The notes beneath the pieces were generated by a model that made no database searches, was not told the DNA's origin, and saw nothing but the letters and a program-made list of their open reading frames with translations. Source: the human T2T-CHM13v2.0 reference genome, Homo sapiens. Taken from it: DNA of 64,000 nucleotides. The translations under genes and the position numbers were made by a program. The DNA is taken from assembly GCF_009914755.1 (NCBI RefSeq), contig NC_060941.1. One strand, given 5' to 3'. Each line of letters starts with the position of its first letter. Positions within the stretch are counted from its first letter, which is position 1. This document shows positions 61,182 to 64,000 of the stretch, piece by piece.

Positions 61182-62259
61182 TAGAACAAGAGAGAAGAGA
61201 GCAGAGGCTCAGGCTCTCAGGCACGCTTCCGACACTTTTGGAGCCCCAGTTTTCTCATCTCCTCAATGGTACGAGTAATATTAAATAGTATCTGTCCAGG
61301 ATTCTTGAGAGAACTCAGTGTGACTGTGCCAGGAGCCTGTGCAGTGCAGGCTCTCCACACACGCCCGTGGCTTCCTCATGCCCTGAAGCATGAGGGTGGG
61401 CTACGTGCTTGTTAATTGATGGAAATGCCTGGGTGGAGGACATCACATCTTGAGGTAGCTGGAACTGCACAGGGCCTCTGCTCTGCGCCTGGCCTGCACG
61501 TGACATGGTGTGAGTAAGGAGTCCTTTTTTCTTCTTCCCCTACCCACTGCCTGTCCTCTCTTGCCCTGGGGAAGGACCAGCCCCCTCAGAGCTTAAGCAG
61601 GTAAAGGACGCGGAGCAGCTCCTTCCCAGCTGGTTCAGGGTTTTTTTTCCTAGGTAGGGCTGCCCCTCGACCCACACCCCAGGCCAGCCTCGCAGAGGCC
61701 TCTGATCCCCCTCACGGATCACTGGAAATGGACCCAACACTCTCCATCACCACTGCAGACAACAGCCTGATACAAATTTGCAGGCAAAGGAGGGGGCAGT
61801 CGATACGGATTAGAAAGAAGGACCTCCTCTGGCCTGGAGCCTGGGGCCGCCATTGATCAGCATCTTCACTGAGGAAGCCAGCTTGGCCAGTGGCCAGTGG
61901 GCACCCAGGTCGGGGCCATGGCCTCAGTCTGCCACCTTACCCCGCCAAAGAGTCCTGAAGAACTGGGGACCCCTAAGTGCACTTTGTAGAGGAGGAAACA
62001 AAAAATCAAGGAGAGATCGGGGAGAAGCAAACAGGCAACCCAGCCCCAGCCCCAGCCAGCTCCGCACCTCCAGCAGAGCCAGTTTTTCTTGGTGTTGAGA
62101 AAATGGTCAGCAGCTTGTCACAGTCCAGTGAATCTAAACAGCCCTCTGGAAATGTTGTTGAATTTCAGTCCCAACGCAGAGATACCCATATACATGCCTG
62201 CCTCTCCTCCTGCCCCTTCCTGAAACACAAACAGTTCTCTCATGGTTGCATACACGCCA

Positions 62260-62525
62260 TGTGATCCAATTCCATCTGAGAGCATTTGTTGAGTACCCAT
62301 GTGTGCTAGGCTGCGACTATAGACAGCTTCATGCCCTAAGGAATACACATCTAAGAGAAAAGACAGACGTGACAAGAGGTCATCATAGGGCTGGCGGAAA
62401 GGTGCACCTACAGAAGTACAAGCAGTGTATAGAAGAAGGGGTGATCAACTGGGGTTGGGGATGGCACTTCTCACAGGAGATGTCTCAGCAGAGTTTCTAA
62501 GGATGAACAGGAGTTTGCCAGGTAA
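62260..62525 (-). mobile_element. L2 3' fragment
   Basis: GCATTTGTTGAGTACCCATGTGTGCTAGG...AAGGATGAACAGGAGTTTGCCAGG. Confidence 0.65.
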
Positions 62526-62819
62526 ACGTGGTGACAAGTGAATTGTTATCATGTTGCTTCCCACCAACATTTGGCCACACACTGGGCTCTCCTCCCTTTT
62601 GCTGCCTGTGTACTTTCCATTACGAGCTTCTTTCACTCACAACACGCTCTATGCTGTTCCACTTGCCTGCAATGTTCTTTCCCTTCATCCCTGACTATTC
62701 TCTATTCAATCTTCAAGGCTCACCTTAAAGAATTATCTCTCCTCAGAGAGAGCTATGGCCCCCCTAATTAAAGGCAGCCATAGCATCCTACATCTTCCAT
62801 TTTCTAACTCTAACAAGCT

Positions 62820-62915
62820 CGCTGGTTGGTTGGTTTGCTGGCTGGCTGATTGGTTGGTTGGTTGGTTGGTTGAGTGGATGGATGGCTGCATGGATGGATG
62901 GATGGATGGATGGTT
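62820..62915. repeat. (TGGT)n/(TGGA)n microsatellite
   Basis: Direct reading. Confidence 0.9.
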
Positions 62916-63127
62916 TGTTCAAGAAGCTAAACTAAAGAGAAATTAGAACTGCAGAGATATGTAGAGTACAAGGGAGTGGGATAACTGTGGTAGAATCATG
63001 GGAGATGAAACTGAAGAGTCTGCCAGGGGTGGGATTGTGGAAGGTCCTGTAGCCATGCCTAGTACACATTGACATACAAAGTGAATCCTAGAACCTTAGC
63101 AGTATGTTCTGGAGATAATAGCATCTT

Positions 63128-63788
63128 TGAAGGGGTAGAAAGGATATGATACCTTTCCTCCCCATCATAAGGGTCACAGCCAAAATTTCTATAACAAAAA
63201 CCAAGTTAATAAGAGAAAAGCATTAAATGTATTTAAGCAAAGTTTGATGTGACACAGGAGGCTTCAGAAATGAAAACCCAAAGACTCAGAGAAAACTGTC
63301 TATTTTTACGTTTAGGTTCAATGAAGAAGGGGACAGCCATATAGAAATGTGATTAGACAGAAAAGATGTGACTTAACAGTAAGAGACTGAGTGGGGGAGC
63401 CCAGCAAGGCCTGTCTGTTCAGATTCTTCTTGGCCTCTCTGCATAGCATTCCTTCCTCGCTGGTATAGGGCAGGACCCCTTCTGGAATGAGGGTCTTATG
63501 ACCTACTACCAGACAAGGTAGGTCAGAGAATTTCTTTATGGCCACCTCCTACACACAAAGGCAGGGGAAGGGGTAGAGTAATATTTCTAGTTTCTATGAC
63601 CCGTCTTGGAGAAGAGAAATTCTAGTTTCCATGGCCTGCCCTGGGGGAGAAAAGGGAGCAGGAGAAAAAAGACCAGGAGAAGGTCAGAGAGAGACTTTGT
63701 TTCTGAGGTCCCGCCAGTGTCCTCCAGTTCAAAGTACTCAGCATGTCAAAGTGCCAAACTGTGGGGTATCATTTTCTAATCCCCAATA
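63128..63788 (-). mobile_element. MER39-family ERV1 solo LTR inserted in a MIR
   Basis: Reverse of the MER39-type 5' end (TCAAAGTACTCAGCATGTCAAAGTGCC...GGGGTATCATTTTCTAATCCCCAATA); about 660 bp; 4-bp TSD-like TCTT/CCTT; MIR core resumes at 63790. Confidence 0.8.
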
Positions 63789-64000
63789 CCTTCATTTTGC
63801 AAATGAGGAAGCTGAGGTCCAGAGAAGTGGGGCTTGCTACGAATCCGCCAGAGGGCAGAAGCAATGGCTCTGCCAAGATTATACCCCTGGGCTTGGGCTC
63901 CAGGTCCAGGGCTCTTTCAATGGCACACTCAGCCTCCTATATCCCCGGAGGGATTAGACGTGATAAGATATGCCCTTATTTTTCAGGGGTCTCCTAGGTT

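Overview
This is primate (human-like) genomic DNA, moderately GC-rich and non-coding, either intergenic or inside a large intron; the locus cannot be named from the sequence alone. I found no credible protein-coding exon, RNA gene, CRISPR array or prokaryotic feature. The recognisable ORFs in the track come from Alu, L1 or microsatellite sequence and the rest look like chance ORFs. Much of the window is interspersed repeat: about 30 Alu/FLAM copies (many with readable target-site duplications (TSDs), several nested or tandem), many MIR and L2 remnants, L1 fragments of several ages, MaLR and ERV1 LTRs (MLT1, MER39-like), and DNA transposons (MER58B, MER5, Tigger3a). Four signals are not explained by these repeats. 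(i) A series of short AT-rich, repeat-free islands is dense in homeodomain, PBX-HOX, MEIS and POU motifs and looks like a developmental-gene enhancer landscape, with a strong CTCF motif at about 25.3 kb. (ii) Two local non-tandem duplications of apparently unique DNA occur at 33640/36945 (about 235 bp) and 37971/38947 (93 bp); the second contains a 33-nt micro-exon-like cassette. (iii) A degenerate hierarchical tandem array (ATCAATGTCCCAATG core, roughly 20/31/51-bp periodicity) lies at 54.3-54.95 kb. (iv) Several layered transposon nests are present. None of these establishes a new biological system without conservation, epigenomic or expression data. Repeat subfamily calls come from remembered consensus sequences and boundaries are approximate.
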